Below, in pieces: positions 9,504 to 18,229 of a DNA stretch of 27,460 bases (position 1 is its first letter; every line of letters begins with the position of its first letter). The notes beneath the pieces are model-generated. The model was given only the letters and a program-made list of their open reading frames with translations. It did not search any database and had not been told where the DNA came from. A program made the translations under genes and the position numbers. The stretch spans positions 1 through 27,460 of the forward strand of contig CAZJAE010000001.1 of NCBI GenBank assembly GCA_964544205.1, written 5' to 3'. Source of the DNA: an uncultured archaeon (GTDB lineage Archaea > Iainarchaeota > Iainarchaeia > Iainarchaeales > JAAZKV01).

Positions 9504-9597
9504 TTTCTTCACCAATAGCTAATGTTTTTATACACAAAAAACAAGTGTATTTGTGTAAGGAATTGTTTTAAAGAAGACTTTTAAAGTAAGTGGTTGA

Positions 9598-10569
9598 ATG
9601 GTTTTGGAATCCATAATCGGGGAGAAGAATATTAGAAAGCGCCCTGTTTTCATCTTTTTTATTACTCTTCTTATATGCGCGGGGAGTATTTTCTTTGCGG
9701 ATAAGATGTTTCCGACGCATTCGTCTATTCTTTCGGTTGCGTTCATTACTATAGGGCTTGTTCCGCTTGTTTTCAACATTCTTTCGGACGAGGAGGCTGA
9801 CGAGGAGGTTAATCATAAGCATTTCTCCACTTTTTTTGCCCGCCATTTTAATATTATTCTTCTTTATGTCTGGATTTTTATCGGGATAATAGTTGCTTTC
9901 TCGATTTATTATGCTCTAGTGTCTCCTGCCGACAGGCCTGTATTGTTTTCGGAGCAGATTAAGTCTTTTTGCGCGATTTCGGGGACTGATTCTTGTGTGG
10001 GCGGCGTTCCTCTCTCGGTTTCGGGCATGGCTGCTTCTTTTGGCTTTGAGGCTTGCATGTCAAACAACAGCAATGTGGCTTCCTGCACGTGGTTTATTTT
10101 CACGAATAATTTTGAGGTTCTTGTCCTGACTGTTCTTCTTTCTCTTCTTTACGGCGTGGGCGCGATTTTCATGATTGCGTGGAATGCTTCTATTCTTGGA
10201 GTGTTCTTTGGCGAGATGCTTGCTGTAGGGAATCTTTCAAAGGGTTTGGGTTTGTTTCACGGGCTTTTAATCGGGCACGGTCCTCCTGAGCTTTTGGGGT
10301 ATGTTTTCGGGGCTCTTGCTGGGGCGATTCTTTCCGCGATGGTTGCAAGGGGCGATTACTCGAGTCATCATTCAGGAATAATAATTAAGGATGTAGTTTT
10401 CCTTTCCGGCCTTGCGATTTTTTCCGTCGCTTACGGCGCGGTTACTGAAGCGCTTGGGATTTTGAGAATGGGCGAGCTTTACTTTTTGATGGGTTTCTTG
10501 TACTTGGTTGTTATTATTCTCGCTGTTTTCTTTTACGGGCAGAAGAGGTTCTTAGCTCTCGGGCTCTAA
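9598..10569 (+). CDS. SpoIIM/DUF95-like polytopic membrane protein
   Basis: Multiple TM helices with IFTNN, AWNASILG and HGPPEL motifs typical of the family. Confidence 0.8.
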   Translation: MVLESIIGEKNIRKRPVFIFFITLLICAGSIFFADKMFPTHSSILSVAFITIGLVPLVFNILSDEEADEEVNHKHFSTFFARHFNIILLYVWIFIGIIVAFSIYYALVSPADRPVLFSEQIKSFCAISGTDSCVGGVPLSVSGMAASFGFEACMSNNSNVASCTWFIFTNNFEVLVLTVLLSLLYGVGAIFMIAWNASILGVFFGEMLAVGNLSKGLGLFHGLLIGHGPPELLGYVFGALAGAILSAMVARGDYSSHHSGIIIKDVVFLSGLAIFSVAYGAVTEALGILRMGELYFLMGFLYLVVIILAVFFYGQKRFLALGL

Positions 10570-10636
10570 TTGCCTTTGCCGCATTTTTTGTTTTTGCAAA
10601 ATTTGTTTTTTAAATTGTTCTTTAGGGTTTTAGTTG

Positions 10637-11455
10637 ATGGCTAAGTTTGTTAATCCGAATAAGAAGAAGGAGAAGAAGCCTTCAAAGATTGGCGGAGCAT
10701 ATGCTGCATTTAAGGAAAGGTTTTCTTTTCTCAAATGGCTTGATCCTTTCACTTATGTTGATATTTTTGTTATTCCTCATGTTAAGAAGGTTACAAAGAG
10801 CGAGACTGTGGAGTTTTTAGTCAACGCTGTTTTTGCGTTTGTCTTTGCGTGGATTATTTACACCGCTCTTGGATTGATTTTTGGTTCTTCAAGTCCTCTT
10901 GTGATTGTTTATTCTGCTTCCATGGAGCCTTCGTTTTTCAGGGGGGATGTGATGGCGCTTTCTCGGGCGAATCCTTCTGATTTTTTCGGGCCTGAAGTTT
11001 CTCTGCCTTTTCCTGTTAAGGGGAGGGGCGTGTATGAGTATCTCCAGCCGTCTTATGAGTCCGGAGTGCTTTCATCAATTTATTTTTCAGACGCGAATGT
11101 TTCAATAACTCCTGGAATTAGCGGTAATGTTGTAGTGTATACTTCTTATCCGCATGGTCTTCCAATAATTCACCGCTCGATTGCCTTGATTCATGCTTCT
11201 GACGGGGATTTTCTTTTGACTAAGGGGGATAATTCTGTGACTAATTATACTTTTGACCAGGACTGCGGTTCGCTCGTGAACGGCTCAGCTTCGCGTCCTT
11301 GCGTTACTCTTTATGCTGTTCCTTTAAGCGAGGTTGTCGGAAAGACTTTTTTTAGTATTCCAAAAATCGGGTGCGTGAAGCTCTGGCTTCTTGATGATTT
11401 TACTTCAGTTCTCGCCACTGGTTCTCTTCCGAGGGACTTTAAGGGAATCTGTTAG
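10637..11455 (+). CDS. sec11: Signal peptidase I (archaeal Sec11/S26 type)
   Basis: TM helix then SASMEPSFFRGD (catalytic Ser), PIIHR (His) and LTKGDN. Confidence 0.92.
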   Translation: MAKFVNPNKKKEKKPSKIGGAYAAFKERFSFLKWLDPFTYVDIFVIPHVKKVTKSETVEFLVNAVFAFVFAWIIYTALGLIFGSSSPLVIVYSASMEPSFFRGDVMALSRANPSDFFGPEVSLPFPVKGRGVYEYLQPSYESGVLSSIYFSDANVSITPGISGNVVVYTSYPHGLPIIHRSIALIHASDGDFLLTKGDNSVTNYTFDQDCGSLVNGSASRPCVTLYAVPLSEVVGKTFFSIPKIGCVKLWLLDDFTSVLATGSLPRDFKGIC

Positions 11456-11466
11456 AGCATTGCTTA

Positions 11467-12111
11467 TTAAGTTCGTGTTTTTATTGCAAGTCTTGTCTTT
11501 TGTTTTTTGAGAGGCGTTTTATTCAGCATCGCTTTTCGCCATTCTTTTATTGCGGCTTCGTGGTATTCTAATTTTACTCTATGGTTTGTTCTGTATTGTC
11601 TTGCAGCGTGCGTGGTTGCTTCAACCAGTTTGCTTGCTCTAATTCCTTCTTCGTATCTTCCTAAAGGGATTGCTCTTTTTTTTAGGGATTGTTCGTAGTG
11701 TTCTGATACTGTCTTCCATGGGACTATTACAAAGTCTTCTCCAAGGAGTCTGATGGTTTCTTTTAGCGCTATTTTTTGGAGTTCTCTTCCTATTCCTGTT
11801 CCGCTGAATAGTTTGAATTTGTTTTGCGCGGCGGTTCCAAAAGGTGTCAAGTATTCTTCGTATGTTTTTAGACCTGTTTTGCTCTTTCTTTGAATTGGCA
11901 TATATTCGATTATTCCAATATTTATCGCGTCTTGAACTTTTTTTCTGTTTTTAGAAATTATTTCTCTTAGTTTGGGGTTTGTGAAGAACATTCTGTCTGC
12001 GTGGCTGGCGGTTGCCAGTTCGAATACGTATTGTATTGAGCGTCCTCTGCCTTTCCGGGCGGGAACGATTATTTGTTTTACTCTTATTCCATCAAGTTGT
12101 GTTTTCGGCAT
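11467..12111 (-). CDS. Basic hypothetical protein with a GNAT motif-A-like segment
   Basis: 214-aa ORF with ATG start. FSGTGIGRELQKIAL resembles the acetyl-CoA-binding R/QxxGxG/A loop and following helix. Confidence 0.65.
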   Translation of the reverse strand: MPKTQLDGIRVKQIIVPARKGRGRSIQYVFELATASHADRMFFTNPKLREIISKNRKKVQDAINIGIIEYMPIQRKSKTGLKTYEEYLTPFGTAAQNKFKLFSGTGIGRELQKIALKETIRLLGEDFVIVPWKTVSEHYEQSLKKRAIPLGRYEEGIRASKLVEATTHAARQYRTNHRVKLEYHEAAIKEWRKAMLNKTPLKKQKTRLAIKTRT

Positions 12112-12199
12112 GATAATTTATCGCCGCAGTTTGAATATAATTATTTGTCTTTTTGTTTTATCACGCAATGTTTTTATTCTCCCTTGTCCTCTCTTGTGC

Positions 12200-12700
12200 A
12201 TGCTTGAAGGTATTGTTCCTGATTTGTCTTTTTTGACAGGCGCTTTGCTTGTCGAGTATTCTGTTCTTGCGATTGAGGTTTCTGTTGTTGTGATAATTCT
12301 CGGGTTAATTGTGATTGTTCTTGCGAGGAGGCGCTCTCTTGAGGAGAGGCATGCAGTCAAGGTTTTGTCCTCTGTTGAGAAGCTCAGGCAGGGCAAGTTT
12401 GTTTCTAAATCCTCCGAGAAGGCTTCGGTTTCTAAGTCATCAAACGGCAGGGCTCATAAGGATTCTTCTGACAAGAAGCTTGTAATTTCAAAGGCGGAGA
12501 CTTCGCTTAAAGATATGCTTGTAAAGAAGTTTAAGCCAAAGATTGAATCCCAGCTTAATACTAAAGTGGTTATTATTGATTTTAATGCGCAGAATGAGAA
12601 TTTTCTAGCGCTTGTTGAGATTAGCGGCGTTAAGCTTCTTTTGACGCTTGATTCTTCTGGCAAGATTATTGATTATAAGAAGGTTAAGCAAAACCAGTAG
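12200..12700 (+). CDS. Single-pass membrane hypothetical protein
   Basis: ATG at 12200, then a TM helix, a Ser/Lys-rich linker and a small alpha/beta C-terminal domain. The upstream ORF-track extension overlaps the opposite-strand gene. Confidence 0.7.
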   Translation: MLEGIVPDLSFLTGALLVEYSVLAIEVSVVVIILGLIVIVLARRRSLEERHAVKVLSSVEKLRQGKFVSKSSEKASVSKSSNGRAHKDSSDKKLVISKAETSLKDMLVKKFKPKIESQLNTKVVIIDFNAQNENFLALVEISGVKLLLTLDSSGKIIDYKKVKQNQ

Positions 12701-12780
12701 TTTTCGGGGCGTTTTTTGGCTTGTTTTGAGTGCTTTTTTTAAACCTAATGAGGGTTGTGTTTGTAAGAGAGTGTGGTTGA

Positions 12781-13524
12781 ATGGAGCTTGTTTTGAAGAA
12801 CGCGGATGTTTTTAAGAAGAGCATGGAAGCTATTGCTGTTTTGATTGACGAGGCTGAGCTTGTTGTGTCTTCTAACGGGCTTGAGCTTAAAGCGACTGAC
12901 CCGAGTCAGATTTCAATGGTTGATTTTGCAATGCCTAAGTCCGCTTTTTCAAAGTTTGATGCCAGCGATATGAGGCTTGGGCTTGACCTTGATTATTTGA
13001 ATCAGGTTCTTTCAAGAGCCGCGAGCGGGGATGAGCTTGTATTGTCTGTTGACGATAAGAAGGCTTTTTTGACTGTTGCTTTTAATGGGCACGCTAAGAG
13101 GGCTTTTCAGGTTCCTTTGATTGATATTTCTACTTCGGAGGTTCCTAATCCGAGGATTGAGTTTGACGCAGAGATGGTTGTAGCCGCAAATTTTTTGCAG
13201 AGCGCGTTTAAGGACGCTGCGCTTATCAGCTCGCATGTTGTTCTTGGTTGTTCTGAGGACAAGTTTTACGTGAAAGCGAATTCTTCTAAGGGTAATCTTA
13301 ACGAGGATGTTAAAACCAACAAGACTTCTCTTCCCGAGTTGAGGGTTAAGAGGGAGTGCAAGAGCATGTTTCCGCTTGATTATTTGCAGGATATGCTTAA
13401 GGCTGCGGGCGGGGATGTTAAGGTTAATTTGTACTTGAAGTCAAACGCGCCTGTGAGGGTTTCTTACTCTATCGGTGAAGCGGGTATTAATTATTTCCTT
13501 GCTCCAAGGATCGAATCCCAGTAA
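12781..13524 (+). CDS. pcn: DNA polymerase sliding clamp PCNA, canonical-looking copy
   Basis: LKATDPSQISMVD, LGLDLDYL, FQVPLID interdomain loop and C-terminal YFLAPRIE. Confidence 0.96.
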   Translation: MELVLKNADVFKKSMEAIAVLIDEAELVVSSNGLELKATDPSQISMVDFAMPKSAFSKFDASDMRLGLDLDYLNQVLSRAASGDELVLSVDDKKAFLTVAFNGHAKRAFQVPLIDISTSEVPNPRIEFDAEMVVAANFLQSAFKDAALISSHVVLGCSEDKFYVKANSSKGNLNEDVKTNKTSLPELRVKRECKSMFPLDYLQDMLKAAGGDVKVNLYLKSNAPVRVSYSIGEAGINYFLAPRIESQ

Positions 13525-13576
13525 TTGTTTTTCCCAAAAAGCGTTTTTTGCGGAGTGTAAAAAGCGCTTTGACTAA

Positions 13577-13586
13577 TTATTAAATA
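13577..13586 (+). promoter_or_regulatory. Putative TATA box for the second PCNA gene
   Basis: TTATTAAATA ends about 30 nt upstream of the ATG at 13617. Confidence 0.5.
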
Positions 13587-13616
13587 CTTCTGAGTGTATA
13601 GTTTGTTAGTGGTTTG

Positions 13617-14333
13617 ATGCTTGAGTTGAAGAACAGCTTTTTTTTGAAATCCGCTGTGGAGTCTATTTCTTCTTTTATTCCTGAAGGGAATTTTCGTTTT
13701 TCGGATAAGGGGGTTTCTTTGAGGGCGATTGACCCAAGCCAAGTAGTGCTTGTTGATTATTTTGTCGATAAGAAGAATTTTGACAAGTACGTGATTGAGC
13801 CTAGTTTTGTCGGGCTTGATGTCGTAGAGCTTAACAGTATTTTGCAGCGCGCAATGCCTAATGACAAGCTTTTGATTGATGTTTCTGACGCCGAGCTTAA
13901 GGTTCGTTTCGAGTCCGAGCTTAAGAGGTATTTTAGGCTTCCTCTTATCGATGTTTCCGAGGGCGAGATTAAAGTTCCAGCGATTGAGTATGAGGCGAAG
14001 GTGGATATTCTTGCGCTGTCTTTTAAGGAGATTTTAAAGGATGCTTCTCTTTTCGGTTCGAGCGTGGTGCTCAAAGTTTCTGACGGAAAGTTTTTCATTG
14101 AGGCGAAGGGGGCTTCGGGTGTTATGGAGTCCGAAGCTACGCGTGTTTCAACAATCTCGACTAAGAAGGAGATTACTGCGAAGTTTTCGCTTAATTTTTT
14201 GCAGAATATAGCGCGTCAGGCGGATAATGAGAAGCATATTTCTATTGAGCTAAAGAATGACGCCGCCATGAAGGTGTCTTATTCCATTGGTCCGGGAAAG
14301 ATTGTTTTCTACCTTGCTCACATGATTTTGTAG
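13617..14333 (+). CDS. pcn: Second, divergent PCNA paralogue
   Basis: LRAIDPSQVVLVD, VGLDV, FRLPLID, KFSLNFL and FYLAHMIL. Collinear with the upstream copy over its full length. Confidence 0.93.
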   Translation: MLELKNSFFLKSAVESISSFIPEGNFRFSDKGVSLRAIDPSQVVLVDYFVDKKNFDKYVIEPSFVGLDVVELNSILQRAMPNDKLLIDVSDAELKVRFESELKRYFRLPLIDVSEGEIKVPAIEYEAKVDILALSFKEILKDASLFGSSVVLKVSDGKFFIEAKGASGVMESEATRVSTISTKKEITAKFSLNFLQNIARQADNEKHISIELKNDAAMKVSYSIGPGKIVFYLAHMIL

Positions 14334-14433
14334 AGCGGTTTTTGTTGTTGTCCTTTTTTTGGCGGTTTGCGTTTGCGCTGCTCGGCGGTTTGCTTTGCTT
14401 ATTTATTTAATGCTTTCCTAACAGGTTTGGGTT

Positions 14434-15495
14434 ATGGACGGGGTTTTTTTCGCTCAGAATTTTCCTTTCTCCGCCTCTGCGCGTAATCACTTAAAGAAGC
14501 TTGATATTCAGACTAACAGTATTTCTTCTTCTGCGATTAAGCGCGCTGAGTTGTTCATCGAGAAGGCTTTTTTTTCCGATAAGGATTATGCTTATCTTAA
14601 AAGTCCTTATCCTGAGGATCAGGAGAATAACATAGTGGCGTTTCCTGTGGCGAAAATGATTGTTTCCGCGATGAATACTCCTAATATTATTCATAAGTTT
14701 GCGAATTATTTTAGAATAAGGACTTTTAGCGTGCTTCAGAATTCTCTTGAGCGGAGGAATGATGATGCCATGGCGCTTGCCTCTGATTTTGGAATTCATT
14801 TTTCTCTTTCTTCTGACGGGAATTTTTTTGAAGTGCCTCTTGTTGAGTATTTGTCCATTCATTTTATGGATGATTCTTCCCGTTTAATTAATCGTCCTCT
14901 TGAGGGCGGGGTTGTCTCGCTGAATGCCGATGCTTTTTCGCGTTTTGTTGCCGAGCTTTCTTATTCCCGAATTTTTGATTCGCTCCCTATTTCGCGGGAA
15001 TCAATTCCTAAGCCTTTGTTGCTTTCAGCAAAATCTCTTGATTCGCGTCTTGTGGTTATTGAGAAGAGGGAGTTTGACGTGAAGCTTTCCGGAAAGATTG
15101 ACCCTGAACTTTTCCCCCCTTGTCTTGCGAATGCTTATACGAATCAGCTTGCCGGCAAGAAGCTCTCGTACATGGAGCGTTTGACGCTGGGCGGTTTTTT
15201 GCACAAGCTTGGAATGTCTAAATCCGATTTGCTTGTAGTGTTTTCAAAGAGTCCTGATTATGATCGTAAGATTGCAGAGTATCATATTGACAGGATTATT
15301 GAGAAGGATCTTGACGCGCCGGGTTTTAAGAAGATTCATGACGAGTACGGGATGAAGACTAAGGATTGCGATAAGGTTGAGGGCAAGTATCGTCACCCTA
15401 TTCAGTTTTACCTTGCTCGGCTTGCAGTGAAGAACAGGATGAAGAACATGCCAAAAAATAAGCCGGTTTTTAGCGGGGGCGGTGCGAATGTTTGA
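14434..15495 (+). CDS. priL: DNA primase large subunit PriL
   Basis: N-terminal FPF, INRPLEGGVV, FPPC, FSKSPDYD and HPIQFY motifs. Lies directly upstream of priS. Confidence 0.9.
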   Translation: MDGVFFAQNFPFSASARNHLKKLDIQTNSISSSAIKRAELFIEKAFFSDKDYAYLKSPYPEDQENNIVAFPVAKMIVSAMNTPNIIHKFANYFRIRTFSVLQNSLERRNDDAMALASDFGIHFSLSSDGNFFEVPLVEYLSIHFMDDSSRLINRPLEGGVVSLNADAFSRFVAELSYSRIFDSLPISRESIPKPLLLSAKSLDSRLVVIEKREFDVKLSGKIDPELFPPCLANAYTNQLAGKKLSYMERLTLGGFLHKLGMSKSDLLVVFSKSPDYDRKIAEYHIDRIIEKDLDAPGFKKIHDEYGMKTKDCDKVEGKYRHPIQFYLARLAVKNRMKNMPKNKPVFSGGGANV

Positions 15496-16630
15496 TTTGC
15501 AGAACTCGCAGGAAGCTGTTTTTTTAAGAGAGCATTTCGCAAAGTATTATTCCTTGAATGCTGTTGAGGCAATGCCTGATCTTGCGTTGAGGGAGTTTGG
15601 CTACGGGGTTTTTAGGCGCAAGATTGCGAATAGGAATATGGCTTTTTCTTCCGCCGCCGAGATGAACTTGTTTTTGCGGGAGAGCGTTCCGATGTTTTTT
15701 TCTTATTCTAATTCTTGTTATAATTTTCCGTCCAAGACTCCTACTTTTGCAAAGGGGTGGGTGAAGTCGGATTTGATTTATGAGTTTGACGCGGACGAGC
15801 TCGGGCTTGAAGTGGAGACTATTAACGGTATTCAGTGGTTTGAGGGGAGGCATCTTGAGGAAGCTAAGCGGCAGGTGTTTCGTCTTGTTGAATTTTTGGA
15901 GAATGATTTTAGTTTTCCTCTTGACTCGCTTGCGGTTAATTTTTCAGGCAAGGCTGGTTACCATGTTCATCTTCGCTGGGATAAGATTCAGCAGTTGAAT
16001 AAGCGGGCAAGAATCGAGCTTGTGGATTATTTGACCGGGCACAACATTGATTTTGTCCATTTGGGCTTTAATTTTGACTCGCTTCAGTGTCCTCCGTATA
16101 AGGGGCTTTGGGTTAAGCGTCTTGCCGCGGGCGTGAAGGATTTTTTCGCGGGCGATTCCAAGGTTATTGCGAAAGTAATGGGCACTACTCCAAAGAAAGC
16201 CGCTTCTTTTGCTTTGCTTGGCGGAAAGATTTTTGAGATGATGCAAAAAGGGCGTCTTTTTTCTTTTGATGCGAAAAGGGATGCTGAGTTTTGGGAGAAT
16301 ATTCTTTCTCACGTGGCAAAACTTGTTTCTGTTCCGATTGACCGCCAGACGAGCACTGATTTGAATAAGATTGTGAGGGTGCCAATGACTCTTCACGGCG
16401 ATACTGGGCTTTTGGCGAAGAAGGTTTCGCTTGATTCTTTGAAGACTTTTGACCCTTACTTGGAGTCAGTTGTTTTCGGCAAGGACTTGGTGAAGGTTCG
16501 TGTGATTAAAGCGCCTAAGTTTTCGCTTGGGGGCTCTGTTTTTGGTCCTTTTGAGGATGAAGTTGTTTCGCTTCCTTTGTTTTGCGCGGTTTATCTTGTC
16601 GGAAAAGGCGCCGCGCTTCTTAAGGAATAG
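15488..16630 (+). CDS. priS: DNA primase small (catalytic) subunit PriS
   Basis: REFGY, KGWVKSDLIYEFDAD, FSGKAGYH and IDRQTSTD...RVPMTLHGDTG motifs. 8-bp overlap with the priL 3' end (ATGTTTGA). Confidence 0.94.
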   Translation: MFDLQNSQEAVFLREHFAKYYSLNAVEAMPDLALREFGYGVFRRKIANRNMAFSSAAEMNLFLRESVPMFFSYSNSCYNFPSKTPTFAKGWVKSDLIYEFDADELGLEVETINGIQWFEGRHLEEAKRQVFRLVEFLENDFSFPLDSLAVNFSGKAGYHVHLRWDKIQQLNKRARIELVDYLTGHNIDFVHLGFNFDSLQCPPYKGLWVKRLAAGVKDFFAGDSKVIAKVMGTTPKKAASFALLGGKIFEMMQKGRLFSFDAKRDAEFWENILSHVAKLVSVPIDRQTSTDLNKIVRVPMTLHGDTGLLAKKVSLDSLKTFDPYLESVVFGKDLVKVRVIKAPKFSLGGSVFGPFEDEVVSLPLFCAVYLVGKGAALLKE

Positions 16631-16727
16631 TTTCTCGGATTGCTTTTTTGTTCTTGTTTTTCAACTTTGTCTCTTTGGATTGCTTTTTAATTAGTTTTGT
16701 TGTGCTTATTTTGGGGAACGGGGTTAG

Positions 16728-17264
16728 ATGCGAATTGATTATGACGAGCTTCGCAGGATTCATAGGCTTGAGAAGAATACGTCTAAGTTAGTCGAGGTTG
16801 AGGATGATTTTATCGACTCCGTCTCTGCTTTTGTTGATGAAGAGAAGAAGAAGTATCTCGCTTCTCTTAAGAATTTTTCAGCTTCCGACGCGAGGGAGTT
16901 TACTAACTTAAAGCGCGTGATTGAAGAGATTTTCATGATGCGCGAGAAGAAGATTTTAAACAAGGCGCTTATTACTGTGCACACTAAGGAAGTAAGCGAT
17001 GATAAAATGGCGAAGCAGGAGAAGGATGTTTTTAGAAAGCTTTTGAGGACTCTTGAGGAGCATCATGACATGCATCAGGCTTTTTTCGGGGATAAGGAGA
17101 AGAAGGATGCCCAGCTTGTTTCGGTTAAGATTTTGAAGGATATTCCGACTTTTGTGGGCACGGATATGAAGGAGTACGGTCCTTTTGCGGAAGGAGCGTC
17201 TGTTGAGCTTCCTGCAAAGGTTGCGCGTTTGTTTGTTACAAGAAAAATTGCCGAAGAGAAGTAG
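16728..17264 (+). CDS. GINS complex subunit (Gins15/Gins51 type)
   Basis: Helical A domain (EIFMMREKKIL) and C-terminal B domain VKILKDIPTFVGTDMKEYGPF. Syntenic with priS. Confidence 0.9.
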   Translation: MRIDYDELRRIHRLEKNTSKLVEVEDDFIDSVSAFVDEEKKKYLASLKNFSASDAREFTNLKRVIEEIFMMREKKILNKALITVHTKEVSDDKMAKQEKDVFRKLLRTLEEHHDMHQAFFGDKEKKDAQLVSVKILKDIPTFVGTDMKEYGPFAEGASVELPAKVARLFVTRKIAEEK

Positions 17265-17334
17265 TTTTTTGATTTTTTTCCCTTGCTGGCAAGTTTTTAA
17301 GCTGATTCTTTTAGTGTTATTTTTGTTGGTTTGA

Positions 17335-18096
17335 ATGGATTTTCCTAACCGTGATGATTTTGTTGTCGTTAAAGTTAACCAGATTCTGGATTACGGCGTT
17401 TTTGTAGAGCTTTTGGAGTATAAGCACGTCAGGGGTTTTGTTCACATCAGCAATGTTTCTAGTTCTTGGGTTAAGAATATTAGAAATTTTGTGAAGATGA
17501 ATCAGGTTAGAGCCGCTAAGGTTCTTAATGTTGACAAGGAAAAGAAGCAGGTTGACCTGGCTTTTGCCGGAATTAATCCGATGAGGGAGAGGCAGGTTCT
17601 TACGCAATTTAAGCAGATTAATAGGGAAGAGAAGCTTATTGAGATTTTGTCAAAGTCTACCGGCAAGCCGTTTAATGATGTCTGGGCAGAGGTTGCGGAG
17701 CCTTTGAATCAGGAGCACGGCTCTCTTTATGAGGCTTTTGAAAAGATTGCGCTTGGTTATGATCCTTCAGCAGTGCTTGCTAAGCAGTGGGTTGGTCCTG
17801 TTAAGGATTTGGTTGAGAAGAATATTGTTGTTTCTAAAAAGGAGATTACAGGCAAGCTTAAGCTTTCCTGCGCCAAGTCAAGCGGTCTTAGCGCTGTTAA
17901 GGACGTGTTGTCCGATGCCGAGGGCGTTAAGGGGTGCGAGGTTAGTTATGCCGGCGGGGGTTTGTTTAATATTGCCTGCTCGGGTTTGACTTTTAAGGAT
18001 GCTGACAAGGTTTTGTCGTCAGTGATTGAGGGCGCTGAGAAGAAGGCTAAGAAGCTTGGCGTTTCTTTTGAGTTCACAAGGGATGAAAAGAAGTAG
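17335..18096 (+). CDS. eif2a: Translation initiation factor aIF2 alpha subunit
   Basis: S1 domain YGVFVELLEY...GFVHISNVSSSWVKNIRNFVK, followed by helical and C-terminal alpha/beta domains. Confidence 0.96.
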   Translation: MDFPNRDDFVVVKVNQILDYGVFVELLEYKHVRGFVHISNVSSSWVKNIRNFVKMNQVRAAKVLNVDKEKKQVDLAFAGINPMRERQVLTQFKQINREEKLIEILSKSTGKPFNDVWAEVAEPLNQEHGSLYEAFEKIALGYDPSAVLAKQWVGPVKDLVEKNIVVSKKEITGKLKLSCAKSSGLSAVKDVLSDAEGVKGCEVSYAGGGLFNIACSGLTFKDADKVLSSVIEGAEKKAKKLGVSFEFTRDEKK

Positions 18097-18229
18097 CCCT
18101 TTTTTTCTTTTAAAGAAAGTCTTTTTTTGTTTTGTGTTTTTAGTTTTGTGCCGCGCTTTTTTTGGCTTTTCTGTTTTATAGTTGAGCTTTTTTGTTTTGT
18201 AGTTTTTGTTTCTTAGTTTTTTTAGCGGC

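Noticed and set aside
11972-12199. N-terminal extension of the 242-aa ORF
   Set aside because: It overlaps the opposite-strand gene. ATG 12200 gives a clean membrane protein.
18097-18229. Very T-rich gap as a possible repeat or Nop10 remnant
   Set aside because: No Nop10 motif in the frames inspected and too short. It is best explained by convergent oligo-T terminators plus strand bias.
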